IMG/VR virus record: IMGVR_UViG_3300033146_003848
Coordinates: 32,001-96,000 of that record
Length of the DNA: 64,000 nt
Direction: 5' to 3' (one strand)
Origin: a virus
In this document: positions 27,501-37,608 of the stretch, one piece after another
How positions within the stretch are numbered: the stretch's first letter is position 1
Layout: every line of letters begins with the position of its first letter
Position numbers and translations under genes: made by a program
The notes under the pieces: model-generated
What the model was told of the DNA's origin: nothing
Seen by the model: only the letters and a program-made list of their open reading frames with translations
The model's database searches: none

Positions 27501-28137
27501 TATTAATGATGAATTAAAGGACATTCAAGAGTTTATAAATCGAGGTGGTCTATCGGGAGAATTGACACAAGATATTGTGAATCTGAGATTTATAAATATC
27601 GAAGTTCAACAAAAATGGGATAAAGCGATGAGAAAATTACAAGATATGAATAATGAGATCTTAACTGAGAAGTTAAAGTTGGAATATCCTAATCCATATA
27701 ATGAAGATATGGATTCTGAATGTATAGATCTTTGTAATGCCATGAATGCGTTACCTAATATTTCCACTATGGAAAGTTGTTGTGGCCACAATGAGAGTGA
27801 ATTTAAGATATTTTTTAAATGTGATAATATGGATCAAAAGGGATTATATTTTCTAAGTCGCTCAATCGATTCTCGTTATTTTAGTTATGGTAATGATTGT
27901 GTGATAGAAACTTCAATCACCGATATGAATAGAAGTGTAGTTTTTATTTTAAGAATAAAATCGACAAACTTGAGTCGAAATCTGATGATATCTGATGCGA
28001 TCATTAAAAGTTTGAATGAGCATTTGAATCATAGAAGATTTATGGAATCATTTGAATATAATATTAATGCATTTTCAACTAATCGTAACGTTAAACTAAT
28101 GGGAGAATTAGAAGAATTATTCAGTTTAATCAATTAG
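27484..28137 (+). CDS. Hypothetical protein with TYW3-like D..C..LC..MN...T.ESCCGH motif
   Basis: MDSECIDLCNAMNALPNISTMESCCGH. Confidence 0.45.
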   Translation: MKKDVSINDELKDIQEFINRGGLSGELTQDIVNLRFINIEVQQKWDKAMRKLQDMNNEILTEKLKLEYPNPYNEDMDSECIDLCNAMNALPNISTMESCCGHNESEFKIFFKCDNMDQKGLYFLSRSIDSRYFSYGNDCVIETSITDMNRSVVFILRIKSTNLSRNLMISDAIIKSLNEHLNHRRFMESFEYNINAFSTNRNVKLMGELEELFSLIN

Positions 28138-28198
28138 GTCTAAAACAATCATCAAAAAATAATATTTCCGATAAATTATAAAGTTAAGTTATTAATTT

Positions 28199-28573
28199 AT
28201 GTTGGAGATTAGAATGGAAAAAGGTAGTTTGATTTATGAGACATTGTCAGGAGCCATTAATGTTAGTGATATACAATATATTACTAGTCCTAAGAATAGT
28301 CAAGGGCAATATGGATATTCAATAAAACTCAGTAATGAGTTTTATTTTGTAACGGTTTCTATTGATAGCGAACTCACGACTGAGGGTCTTGAATTGAAAA
28401 AAGAGCATTTGAATGATGATTATAAGAATTTAGTCGCTAAGTGGAGAGAATTTATTGATAGTGAATCTGTTCAAGATAATTTAAATCACAATAATCACAA
28501 TAATCACAATAATTGTTCAGGTTGCTCAAACACTAAGTCAGTTTTGCTTACGGAGAAATTAGATGAGTTTTAA
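28199..28573 (+). CDS. Hypothetical protein
   Basis: Contains (NHN)3 from a 9-bp repeat followed by CSGC. Confidence 0.65.
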   Translation: MLEIRMEKGSLIYETLSGAINVSDIQYITSPKNSQGQYGYSIKLSNEFYFVTVSIDSELTTEGLELKKEHLNDDYKNLVAKWREFIDSESVQDNLNHNNHNNHNNCSGCSNTKSVLLTEKLDEF

Positions 28574-28830
28574 TGATGAAGAAAATAATTCAATTAATTG
28601 ATAAGATAGATGTTCTGTCTTACTTTAAAGAATTTTCAGATCGAAGTCTTTGGGATATAGCGATGATTATTGAATCTGATCATCCATATATTTCTGAGCA
28701 TGCTGATGGATTGTTTGATTTTATGAATGAGGAAGATTTAGTGAACTATCTTCAAAATAGATATGATGAAAATGAACTTCATATTCGAGAGCATGTAGTT
28801 ATTGAGTATGAGTTTAAAGTTAATTGTTAG
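28573..28830 (+). CDS. Hypothetical protein
   Basis: Coupled ORF. Confidence 0.6.
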   Translation: MMKKIIQLIDKIDVLSYFKEFSDRSLWDIAMIIESDHPYISEHADGLFDFMNEEDLVNYLQNRYDENELHIREHVVIEYEFKVNC

Positions 28831-28907
28831 GTTTATTATTTTATTGAATATGTCATATTATTGATATATTAAAGTGACGATATTAATTTTTATATGAGGA
28901 GAAAACG

Positions 28908-29177
28908 ATGAACAGAAAATCTAGTAGATTATTGAGAACATTTGTTAAAATTTGTGGAATTGAAGATCAAAGAGTGATACATTCTTTAAGCAATCAAAGT
29001 CCATTTACTGTAGTGAAGAAGAATCCTTACAAATTTATGAAGCAAGTGTATAAAACATTAAGTTCTCAAGAGAGAGTTGTATTTAAAAGTGAATTAATTT
29101 CAAGAATTAATGATTCCATTACTAAAAAATTAAACAAAAAACTTGATGAAATAGTGACTCCTTCGTTGGAGAGTTAA
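28908..29177 (+). CDS. Basic hypothetical protein
   Basis: GAGGAG RBS. Confidence 0.65.
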   Translation: MNRKSSRLLRTFVKICGIEDQRVIHSLSNQSPFTVVKKNPYKFMKQVYKTLSSQERVVFKSELISRINDSITKKLNKKLDEIVTPSLES

Positions 29178-29178
29178 T

Positions 29179-29430
29179 GTGGAAAATCGAGGAGTGAAAT
29201 TTGTGGGTACTGTTTTAGGAGTCATTATTGGATTAATAATCGGAATTATGACTATAGTCATTGAAAAAGCAATAATTGCAGGGATAATTTACGGACTATA
29301 TTATTTGATTGATATTCCATCAGTTGGAGGACCTCAATTTACTTTTTGGCAATTTTTTGGTTTAACTTTTTTGTTAGGTATTATTGGACGATTGATGTTT
29401 AAGTCTAAGATGAGAGATGATAATGAATAA
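29179..29430 (+). CDS. Membrane protein
   Basis: Multiple hydrophobic segments. Confidence 0.65.
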   Translation: MENRGVKFVGTVLGVIIGLIIGIMTIVIEKAIIAGIIYGLYYLIDIPSVGGPQFTFWQFFGLTFLLGIIGRLMFKSKMRDDNE

Positions 29431-29656
29431 TAATTTTATATTAAGATGTCTATTGTTTCTTGAGATGGGTGTTCTCGTTTTAATAATGTCAGGGATAATT
29501 GCATTAGCAATTTCAGCATTTATTTTTGTTTTTTATTATATAGTCGGAGTATTTTTATTTGGAGTAGTAATGATTCCAATGTTTAAGATATTCATCGTAC
29601 TATTTGTGATCATATTTGTAATAAATATATTCAAAGAAGGTAAAGGAGTCAAATGA
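29417..29656 (+). CDS. Membrane protein
   Basis: Highly hydrophobic, coupled. Confidence 0.6.
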   Translation: MIMNNNFILRCLLFLEMGVLVLIMSGIIALAISAFIFVFYYIVGVFLFGVVMIPMFKIFIVLFVIIFVINIFKEGKGVK

Positions 29657-30147
29657 TGGAAGTGATTTTTGCTCAAGAATTTTTTACTATATCTAATAAT
29701 CAAATTGCGATTTTTTTAATGGGACCTACTCCAAGAAATAATGAAGATGTTTCTTGGAGAGATAATGTTGTTAAGAAATTTAGAGAAATGAATATTGATA
29801 ATTTAGTATTATTTGTTCCTGAAAAGCGAGATGGTAATTATGCAAATAGTTATATCGATCAAGTTGAGTGGGAAAGAACATATTTAGATATGAGCGATGC
29901 TATTTTTTGCTGGGTACCAAGAGATGTCTCAACTTCAATGAAAGGACTCACAACAAACGTGGAGTTTGGACAATATGTATCATCGCAGAAGTTATTTTAT
30001 GGGCGTCCAGATGATGCTGATAATATTAGATATTTAGATTGGCTTTATGTGAAAGAAGTTGGTAGGAAGCCTCAAAATAACGTTAATTCGTTGTTACATG
30101 AGTGTTTAGAAGTTACATTAAAAATTAAGAGAAGTGTTGGAGAATAA
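29653..30147 (+). CDS. Nucleoside 2-deoxyribosyltransferase-like protein
   Basis: IFLMGPTPR, SWR, QVEWE, AIFCWVPR, TTNVEFG. Confidence 0.8.
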   Translation: MMEVIFAQEFFTISNNQIAIFLMGPTPRNNEDVSWRDNVVKKFREMNIDNLVLFVPEKRDGNYANSYIDQVEWERTYLDMSDAIFCWVPRDVSTSMKGLTTNVEFGQYVSSQKLFYGRPDDADNIRYLDWLYVKEVGRKPQNNVNSLLHECLEVTLKIKRSVGE

Positions 30148-30149
30148 TT

Positions 30150-30665
30150 ATGAATTGGAATTGTGTTTTATCACATGGTGGCGAATTGCCAAAACGAAAT
30201 CATGCAACAGATGCAGGATTAGATATTAAAGCGAAAGGATATCAAAGGATTATTAATAATAAATTGGACGATCGTCCATATTGGTTCGATGAGCAACCTA
30301 TTGGAGATATTAGGTTGGATCCGGGAGATAGGATATTAATTAAAACTGGAATTCAACTTCAAATACCATCGATGGAAAAAGATATGGTAGGATATGAAGT
30401 TCAGGTTAGACCTAGGTCTGGACTTGCATTGAAACATGGTATTTCAATGGTAAATGCCCCAGGTACGATTGATGAGGAATATCGAGGAGACATAGGAGTC
30501 ATTATCATAAATCATGGAACTGAGTCATTTGTTATTACAGATGGCATGAGAATTGCTCAATTAGTTATTAATGAAGTGTCGATGTTTAATTTCCAAGAGA
30601 TTGAATATTTCGATAGTACGACAAAAAGAGGAGATAAAGGATATGGGTCGTCAGGAACTGACTAA
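30150..30665 (+). CDS. dut: Trimeric dUTPase
   Basis: DAGLDI, RPRSGLA, NAPGTIDEEYRG, RIAQL, RGDKGYGSSG. Confidence 0.96.
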   Translation: MNWNCVLSHGGELPKRNHATDAGLDIKAKGYQRIINNKLDDRPYWFDEQPIGDIRLDPGDRILIKTGIQLQIPSMEKDMVGYEVQVRPRSGLALKHGISMVNAPGTIDEEYRGDIGVIIINHGTESFVITDGMRIAQLVINEVSMFNFQEIEYFDSTTKRGDKGYGSSGTD

Positions 30666-30957
30666 TAATGAAATAATAGTTCGAGATGTTCTCCGTCAGA
30701 TTGATTTTAATAAAATCAATCGAACTATGGAATGTTTAGTGTGGACTTGGGCATCGTCGAATACTGAGAGTGGAGTACCATCTGTTGTCGAATTGGTATT
30801 ATTTGCTCAGGATTTGTTATTTGAGATATTACATTCTGATTTATCGCAACTTTCTTCGGGCGGATTCACTGCTCGAAGAGATGATGATGGAGTGAGTTTG
30901 ATTTTCTCAATAGAGAATGGTAATTACACGTTTACTGATGGAGATAGCAATGAATAA
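30571..30957 (+). CDS. Hypothetical protein (real start probably about 30643)
   Basis: IDFNKINRTMECLVWTW...SSGGFTA. Confidence 0.6.
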   Translation: MKCRCLISKRLNISIVRQKEEIKDMGRQELTNNEIIVRDVLRQIDFNKINRTMECLVWTWASSNTESGVPSVVELVLFAQDLLFEILHSDLSQLSSGGFTARRDDDGVSLIFSIENGNYTFTDGDSNE

Positions 30958-31306
30958 TAGTTCAATAAACTCATTTGAGTATGACCGATTTTGTCCAATT
31001 TGTGGAGAGAATTTAGTCATGACATCTGAGGATGTAGATGATGATTTATTTAGAATCGAGTGTTCTAATATAAATTGTTCGTTCCATACCGAATGGATGA
31101 GATATAAAGAGAATGTCATCGAGAATTTAGATGAAGAGTTGAAATTTTTATATGACAATCGAGATCGATTGATGTGTATATTTCCGAATTTGAATTCATC
31201 TATACGAAGTCTTATTTTATCTGGAGTTGAAAAAATAATCGATCGAGGTAATTTAGATGTAATGTTGAATTTAGTACTGAATAGTGGAAAACATCATGAG
31301 CACTGA
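30917..31306 (+). CDS. Zinc-finger hypothetical protein
   Basis: CPICG...CSNINC. Confidence 0.6.
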   Translation: MVITRLLMEIAMNNSSINSFEYDRFCPICGENLVMTSEDVDDDLFRIECSNINCSFHTEWMRYKENVIENLDEELKFLYDNRDRLMCIFPNLNSSIRSLILSGVEKIIDRGNLDVMLNLVLNSGKHHEH

Positions 31307-31517
31307 AATAGTATCATTAGATTCTAAATCAATCAGGGCGTTTATAGGATTACATGGAATCGATGCTACTCAACTTCTATTGGAAGAAGTGATGTTGATG
31401 ATTGCTGAATATATTCATCCTGAAATTTTAAGAATAGCGACAACACAAAATAATGATGAAAAATTTTCAGTTCATCTAATATCGCAGAAATCCAAGAAAA
31501 AAGAAGTTATTCACTAA
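31284..31517 (+). CDS. Hypothetical protein
   Basis: Coupled ORF. Confidence 0.5.
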   Translation: MENIMSTEIVSLDSKSIRAFIGLHGIDATQLLLEEVMLMIAEYIHPEILRIATTQNNDEKFSVHLISQKSKKKEVIH

Positions 31518-31553
31518 ATAATAATGTATTATTAATTTTTAAGGTAAAATGCA

Positions 31554-32876
31554 ATGAATAAAATTTATGTTTTAGATACGAATGTGATCCTTACGGATCC
31601 AAAATCAATATTTTCATTTGAAGATAATGAAGTGATTATTCCATTGGTGGTAATTGAAGAGATAGATCATTTTAAAAAGAAAATGGATCCCACAGGCTTT
31701 GCCGCAAGAAAGTTTTCTCGAATAATTGATGATTTAAGGAGTCGAGGAGATCTAATTACTGGAGTTGAAACTAGAGAAGGTGGAACTATTAGAATTGTAT
31801 CTCCAAAAAAAGATGATAGCGTTGAATTAGATCTTACAATCAACGATAATATTATAATTTTCACAGCATTATCCGTGAGAAATGCAGATAAGAAAGTTAT
31901 TCTTGTAAGTAGAGACATTAATGTTAGAATAAAGGCGGATTTCTTGAAACTGCAAGCCGAAACTTATACTACCGATTCAGTCAACCTAACTTCTTTACCT
32001 AAAGGATATGAAGAGGTTTCTGTTGCAGGTAGTTTAATTGATGATTTATTCATAAATAAATCATTACCTAAAGATGCATTATTGAACGTTGAAATATTCC
32101 CAAATGCATATTATCATTTAAAAAATGAAGATGGTGGAAATCAACAAGCGATTGTTAGATATGATCCGTTTCTTGAAAAGTTTACTCCATTGAAGACGAA
32201 TAAAAATATTTCTAGTATAAGTCCTAGGAATGCGGCTCAAAAGATTGCATTGGAGTTAATATTAGATGATAGAGTTAAGTTGGTGAGTTTACTAGGAAAG
32301 GCAGGAACGGGAAAGACTCTATTAGCCATTGCCGCAGGACTTCAGATGGTCGCAGAAGATGGTAAATATTCTAAAATGTCTGTTTCTAAACCCGTTATTC
32401 CTATGGGAAAAGATATTGGATATCTTCCCGGTAGTATGGAAGAGAAAATGCGACCTTGGATACAACCTATTATGGATAATTTAGAGGTAGTTCTATATGG
32501 TCATGGATTCAATTATACTCATTCTAAACTGGGAAAAATGAATAGTGTGGAAGATTTCGTTGAAAGTGGTCTTATAGAAGTTGAAGCCTTAACTTATATT
32601 AGAGGTAGAAGTATTCCTAATCAATTTATTATAGTCGATGAAGTTCAAAATCTTAGTTCTGCTGAAATTAAAACTATTCTAACTAGAGTTGGAGAGGGAA
32701 CAAAGATTATTCTAACTGGAGATCCATATCAAGTAGATAATGTTTATCTCGATGAGAATTCAAATGCTCTAGTATATATCATGGAAAAATTTAAAGATCA
32801 GCCAATAGCCGGACATATCATTCTCGAGAAAGGTGAGAGAAGTGAACTCGCCGAAATAGCCTCTAATATCCTATAA
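31554..32876 (+). CDS. phoH: PIN-PhoH protein (PhoH2/YlaK-like)
   Basis: N-terminal PIN YVLDTNV...EEID...ND...SRD; GKAGTGKT, IGYLPG, YIRGRS, DEVQN, GDPYQVD, RSELA. Confidence 0.93.
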   Translation: MNKIYVLDTNVILTDPKSIFSFEDNEVIIPLVVIEEIDHFKKKMDPTGFAARKFSRIIDDLRSRGDLITGVETREGGTIRIVSPKKDDSVELDLTINDNIIIFTALSVRNADKKVILVSRDINVRIKADFLKLQAETYTTDSVNLTSLPKGYEEVSVAGSLIDDLFINKSLPKDALLNVEIFPNAYYHLKNEDGGNQQAIVRYDPFLEKFTPLKTNKNISSISPRNAAQKIALELILDDRVKLVSLLGKAGTGKTLLAIAAGLQMVAEDGKYSKMSVSKPVIPMGKDIGYLPGSMEEKMRPWIQPIMDNLEVVLYGHGFNYTHSKLGKMNSVEDFVESGLIEVEALTYIRGRSIPNQFIIVDEVQNLSSAEIKTILTRVGEGTKIILTGDPYQVDNVYLDENSNALVYIMEKFKDQPIAGHIILEKGERSELAEIASNIL

Positions 32877-32894
32877 TTCCACAATAAATTATAT

Positions 32895-32923
32895 TTGACA
32901 TTTTTCTTTTTTTATGATATATT
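32895..32923 (+). promoter_or_regulatory. sigma70-type promoter
   Basis: TTGACA-N17-TATATT with TG. Confidence 0.75.
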
Positions 32924-32958
32924 AATATGTACTTGATGAACTTTATGTTGAGGGAATT

Positions 32959-33330
32959 ATGATTATTCTTGGGATTATTTTTTTAGTAGTATCATTCTTA
33001 ATATTGTTTATTGCGATAGCCACTGATGATATTGATGAGTTATGGAAAATGATTTTACTTTTTTTCATACTTGGAGTTTTAATAACAACTTATGATTTAT
33101 CAAGTTCGACTACTGCTGAATCCAATTTAACATATGAATTAAATCTAACCGATGATATGAATTCGTCATGTGGACTTTGGATCGTCAATCGAATCGAATT
33201 TTCACCTACATTTTTGGGCACATTGAGTCAATATTCAACTAAAATTGAAAAGATTCGTCGAGTTATGACTTGTTCGGAGTTACAGAATAATATTATGAGT
33301 GTGAGTATGAAAAATGGAGATAAAAAATGA
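32959..33330 (+). CDS. Two-TM membrane protein, paralog A
   Basis: 2 TM, YDLSS, CGLW, TFLG, VMTCSEL. Confidence 0.7.
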   Translation: MIILGIIFLVVSFLILFIAIATDDIDELWKMILLFFILGVLITTYDLSSSTTAESNLTYELNLTDDMNSSCGLWIVNRIEFSPTFLGTLSQYSTKIEKIRRVMTCSELQNNIMSVSMKNGDKK

Positions 33331-33692
33331 TCATGTTGGGATTTTGTATTATATTTTCTATGATCTCGTTATTATTCCAACAATTCCTAGAGCAAGAGTT
33401 ATTTACTAAAGCATCTAGTATTTTTACTTTAATTTTATTATTAGGAGTATCATGTATCATGTATGACCTGATGAGTCCTGTTACCACAACATCATCAGGT
33501 ACTCCTATATTTACTATTGATGCTGATGCTGATGAGTGTGTTGTTTGGGTTACACGATCCACTATTACTGAATCTACATGGATAGGAGCCATATCTGGCG
33601 ATGAGATCTTGGAAACAAACGTGAAATTACATAGAAGTTGTTCGGAGTTACAGCGATTTTTAAATAAAAAGAATGTGGAGAATATTAAATGA
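33327..33692 (+). CDS. Two-TM membrane protein, paralog B
   Basis: 2 TM, YDLMSP, CVVW, TWIGAI, RSCSEL. Confidence 0.7.
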   Translation: MIMLGFCIIFSMISLLFQQFLEQELFTKASSIFTLILLLGVSCIMYDLMSPVTTTSSGTPIFTIDADADECVVWVTRSTITESTWIGAISGDEILETNVKLHRSCSELQRFLNKKNVENIK

Positions 33693-34063
33693 TAGTTGTA
33701 GGGGTGTTGATTTTTGTAATTACGTTAATTATAGCGATGGAGAGAATGAGATTCGGGATCACACTCATAGTCTCTCTTCTGTTGAGTATTTTGATTGGAG
33801 CATATGATATTTTTAGTCCTACTATAGAGAAGATTTCATATTCAATTCGCGTTATTGATAGTGAAGTTGAAGGTGTTGATGACTATGATTGTGGTATTTG
33901 GAAATATAAGATTTATAATTATCCTCCGATTTTCCCAGGAGCAGTTATAAGTTCTCCAACAAAGGTAGTGAAAATAAAGAAACTTATGAGTTGTGTTGAT
34001 TTAAAACTTGAGTTGAATCCAATTCAAGTATCAGATGAAAATGAGGATATTCATATGAAATAA
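33689..34063 (+). CDS. Two-TM membrane protein, paralog C
   Basis: 2 TM, YDIFSP, CGIW, IFPGAV, LMSCVDL. Confidence 0.7.
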   Translation: MIVVGVLIFVITLIIAMERMRFGITLIVSLLLSILIGAYDIFSPTIEKISYSIRVIDSEVEGVDDYDCGIWKYKIYNYPPIFPGAVISSPTKVVKIKKLMSCVDLKLELNPIQVSDENEDIHMK

Positions 34064-34066
34064 TAA

Positions 34067-34095
34067 TTGACAATGTATCAATTATATGTTATATT
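34067..34095 (+). promoter_or_regulatory. sigma70-type promoter
   Basis: TTGACA-N17-TATATT with TG. Confidence 0.75.
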
Positions 34096-34137
34096 ATATA
34101 TGTAATTTGATGACTGAAGTTTAGTGAGGAAAATAAA

Positions 34138-35241
34138 ATGGCAGAAATTGTAGTAGAAAAAGATTTAGATACTAATCGGAAAATTGATGATATGATTCAA
34201 TCGTTAGTCACTCAAAAGAAGTATGGAGATGCTTTTACTAAACTTGAGGAATTGGGACGAGAAGAATTGAAAGATAATCAACGTAAGATTGAGTTGTTGG
34301 GAGTAAGAGTTTCCAATGTTATGAATAGGTATAAGTCAAAAGGAGTTCAGAATCAAACTGATGCTTTAGTGGAACTAAAGAATGTTATGGAATCGGTTAA
34401 TCCTCATTCGATAGAACAGGGAGGATTTTTAGCGAAACTTCCAATTTTAGGACCCATATTTAAGCCAGCATTGAAGAAAGTTATAAGTACTATCTCTGAA
34501 AATTATGGGACAGTTCAAGATCAAATATCAGACATTCGAAATAGTATTCAAATAACTATGGATGAAATATTGAAAGATTCAAATGAATTGAAGCAGTTCC
34601 ATGCTCAAATTGAAGAAAGTGTTGATAATTTAGAAGAGGTTCAAAACTTTGCTACAATGTTGATTGATAAATTGGAAGTTTTAAAAGATGAAAAGATCGC
34701 TGAAAATGCTCCTCAGAATGAGATTGATCATATCGATAGTGCTATCATGCAAGCAAGTAGGAAAGCCAGAACAGTTGCTGAAAAATTAGTTGTTAATTCA
34801 CAATCACTATTGACTATAGATACTATCATTAAAGATAATGTATTAGTTCATGCTGAAATGGAAAGTACTTCGGATATCACCCAAACAGTTATGATGGTAG
34901 GAATTACTCAATCTATGGCATTAGAGAGACAAAGTAATAATATCAATGGTATCAAAAAGATGCGAGATTTTAACAATATTACGCTAAAACAAAACGCAGA
35001 AAACTTAGCCACTAATACTGAAAATATAGTGAGACTTTATAATAGTTCAGTTATAGATTTACCTGAATTTAAGAATAACTATGATAAGATTATGAAATCG
35101 ATATCAAAAATTAAAAATGTTCAATCCGAAGGTTATGAGCAAATGAAAAATGATATTAATCAAATGAAATTTATGAATGAACAGATGAAACGTGAAACAG
35201 CATTATTAGACTCCAACTCAACGATACAAATTGAGAGATAA
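34138..35241 (+). CDS. TelA/KlaA toxic-anion resistance family protein
   Basis: LVELKNVMESVNP..GGFLAKLP, Y.TVQDQI..I, long coiled coil, NN.TLKQNAENL. Confidence 0.75.
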   Translation: MAEIVVEKDLDTNRKIDDMIQSLVTQKKYGDAFTKLEELGREELKDNQRKIELLGVRVSNVMNRYKSKGVQNQTDALVELKNVMESVNPHSIEQGGFLAKLPILGPIFKPALKKVISTISENYGTVQDQISDIRNSIQITMDEILKDSNELKQFHAQIEESVDNLEEVQNFATMLIDKLEVLKDEKIAENAPQNEIDHIDSAIMQASRKARTVAEKLVVNSQSLLTIDTIIKDNVLVHAEMESTSDITQTVMMVGITQSMALERQSNNINGIKKMRDFNNITLKQNAENLATNTENIVRLYNSSVIDLPEFKNNYDKIMKSISKIKNVQSEGYEQMKNDINQMKFMNEQMKRETALLDSNSTIQIER

Positions 35242-35243
35242 CT

Positions 35244-35684
35244 ATGATAATTTCAAGTTTTGATAAAATAGTATTTAATGACGTGAGTGAACGCGATGTT
35301 GAAGATATTCAACTTTTCTTGGAGCATAAGAGACAGGAAAGTTCTTCTGAATTATTTGAGTCGGTTGAGTTCAGTCTGGAATCTCAGTTTGATTGGTTAA
35401 ATAGTAAGCAACAATTAACTGTAAAGTTTAGTTCTTCGCTCCCTGTGAAGTTTTATCGAGAGTTGATTAATAGAGGACACAATAAGTTTTGGGAATTATC
35501 ATATGAATCAAAATCGTGGATGCAGTTGTATGAAAATGATATTGCTGAATTATTCCATAGAATAGTTCATGTTGACGAAATGGATGGAAATTTAGTTTTC
35601 ATTGTCAATAATGATACTGATATAAATTTTAAAAAGGTCATTTATGATATTAAAAATAATTATTTTAAAGAGAGTAGCAAATGA
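35244..35684 (+). CDS. Hypothetical protein
   Basis: Coupled to telA. Confidence 0.65.
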   Translation: MIISSFDKIVFNDVSERDVEDIQLFLEHKRQESSSELFESVEFSLESQFDWLNSKQQLTVKFSSSLPVKFYRELINRGHNKFWELSYESKSWMQLYENDIAELFHRIVHVDEMDGNLVFIVNNDTDINFKKVIYDIKNNYFKESSK

Positions 35685-36835
35685 TACCTAGTAGCAATCA
35701 ACATATTATAACATCCTTGCGTGATAGACTATTGCAGAAACAGAGAGAAGATTTAACATCCAACTCTCAAATGGAACCAATTAGTCAAACTATTTATAAT
35801 TCAGTGGGTTTCCAAAATGTTATTGAATCTGATGATTTTAGAGATGATATACGTAGAGTTCAAGATATTATGAAAACGTTTAATACAGATAAAGGACGAA
35901 AAGGATTTGAGTTAGGAGATAAAGTGATAATTAATCCTGAAACTTATCTTGCAACAATATCTTCAGTTATTTCAGAATCAAGTGGTCAAAAGTATGGTTT
36001 AACTTTGGCTGATGGGTCAAAACTCAAGTGTCTTTATCCTGAAAATGAATTGATTGCTCGAAGATATGATGAAAGTCGAGTTGATGAAATAATTAAAGTG
36101 TTGGTTGAGGTTCAAGAATTGAATTTGAAATTGGCATCTAGACATGCTTCAGATCAAAAGAATATTGAAGATCTCGTTAGTGTTTATGATGTTTTAGAGA
36201 TCTCTAGGGATAAATTGAAAGAATCTCTCCAAAAGATAGAACTTGAATTCAAAGAATTTCAAGATAATCAAGACGAGAAACTGGAAGATTTATCGTTAAG
36301 GCTAACTAAACAACTGTATGATGAAAAAAAAGAAGAAATTCGTCAATTGAATGCTAAGGTTAAATATGCTGAAAAGACTGTTCGAGAATATAAGAAAAAT
36401 GATAGTGAAAATACTAAAAGTCGTTCAGTTTTAAATGATAGAGTTAGTATTTTGGAGCGACAATTGTCAAGCCAACTTGAACGTGAACGAGTAGCAATTG
36501 CAGAAAAGCATACTATTTTGGAAGATGTTGAGCGACGAGAAAAGTCTAGTATTGCAGAGAGAATGGAATTATTAGATTTTTTTAATGAGCAGTTATCTTT
36601 TATTCAAAATGCTGAGTCTGAGAATGAGTTTTCTATAGATCAATTATTTACTAGATTGATTAAAATGATGAGACGAACTAAATGGTCAGATAATTCTCAT
36701 GAAATTATTTGGAGAATACCAAAGTATCAGAATCTGTTACGATATCTTTGTGAATCTTGTGATAGAACCTCACATAATACGATATTAATGCTTCATGATG
36801 GCGGTAAGATTGATTTGATTGATTTTTTAAATTAG
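35681..36835 (+). CDS. SH3-like domain plus long coiled-coil protein
   Basis: GFELGDKVII...ATISSV...YGLTL...YPENEL; heptad-rich middle. Confidence 0.65.
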   Translation: MIPSSNQHIITSLRDRLLQKQREDLTSNSQMEPISQTIYNSVGFQNVIESDDFRDDIRRVQDIMKTFNTDKGRKGFELGDKVIINPETYLATISSVISESSGQKYGLTLADGSKLKCLYPENELIARRYDESRVDEIIKVLVEVQELNLKLASRHASDQKNIEDLVSVYDVLEISRDKLKESLQKIELEFKEFQDNQDEKLEDLSLRLTKQLYDEKKEEIRQLNAKVKYAEKTVREYKKNDSENTKSRSVLNDRVSILERQLSSQLERERVAIAEKHTILEDVERREKSSIAERMELLDFFNEQLSFIQNAESENEFSIDQLFTRLIKMMRRTKWSDNSHEIIWRIPKYQNLLRYLCESCDRTSHNTILMLHDGGKIDLIDFLN

Positions 36836-37048
36836 GAGATATAATGCAAAGTTATTTAGAAATGGTTACTGAATCATTATTGGAGAATAAATCCAACTAT
36901 TGTACTCGTGAAGTTCATGGAACTTGTTGTAATGTTGAAGTGGATGTGGAATTTTAATCCTCATTCTTTAGAGAGTTTTTGAGTGATTGATGCTAGGAAT
37001 AAATGAATTATCAACCAAAATAATAATTGAGTCAAGGGAGAATTTTCA

Positions 37049-37408
37049 ATGAAAGAAACAAAAACTAGACGATGGTTAGTCCGAGGGATATTTGTAACAT
37101 TTGTCGTTGGTATCTCTTCGTTTATTGTTCATGAAAAAAGAGAAAGTGTATCTATCACTACTAATATTGGCAAACATATATTGGAGAATAAGCCATTGAA
37201 TGGGTTTAAACTCTCATCGTTGCGACCTGGTGAATGTTATCCTCAGACTGACATTAAAAAATCTTTTGATGATGGCTATTATATGATATTGAAAGATGGA
37301 ATATGTAGAGATTTGAATAATGATATATATCATATTAGGTTGAGCGGATGTAATAGAGAGATATGTTTAATTAATGCTAAATTAGATGCGGGAGTACATA
37401 TACGATGA
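37049..37408 (+). CDS. Membrane-anchored hypothetical protein
   Basis: N-terminal TM, 4 Cys. Confidence 0.6.
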   Translation: MKETKTRRWLVRGIFVTFVVGISSFIVHEKRESVSITTNIGKHILENKPLNGFKLSSLRPGECYPQTDIKKSFDDGYYMILKDGICRDLNNDIYHIRLSGCNREICLINAKLDAGVHIR

Positions 37409-37608
37409 CATCTACAACAAGACATTGTGTGATTATAGGAAAAAACAGCACGAGTGAACATTCATTCACTATAGTATTAGGAGACAACTTAATCACAACA
37501 GATCAATTTCAATTAGTATTTGGTACCGCTGAGTCTCCAAAATATATTAAATTAAATGCTAATGACTATTTTAATATGAGAGATATTTTAGTGAGGTATG
37601 ATGACTAA
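37405..37608 (+). CDS. Hypothetical protein
   Basis: Coupled ORF. Confidence 0.55.
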   Translation: MTSTTRHCVIIGKNSTSEHSFTIVLGDNLITTDQFQLVFGTAESPKYIKLNANDYFNMRDILVRYDD

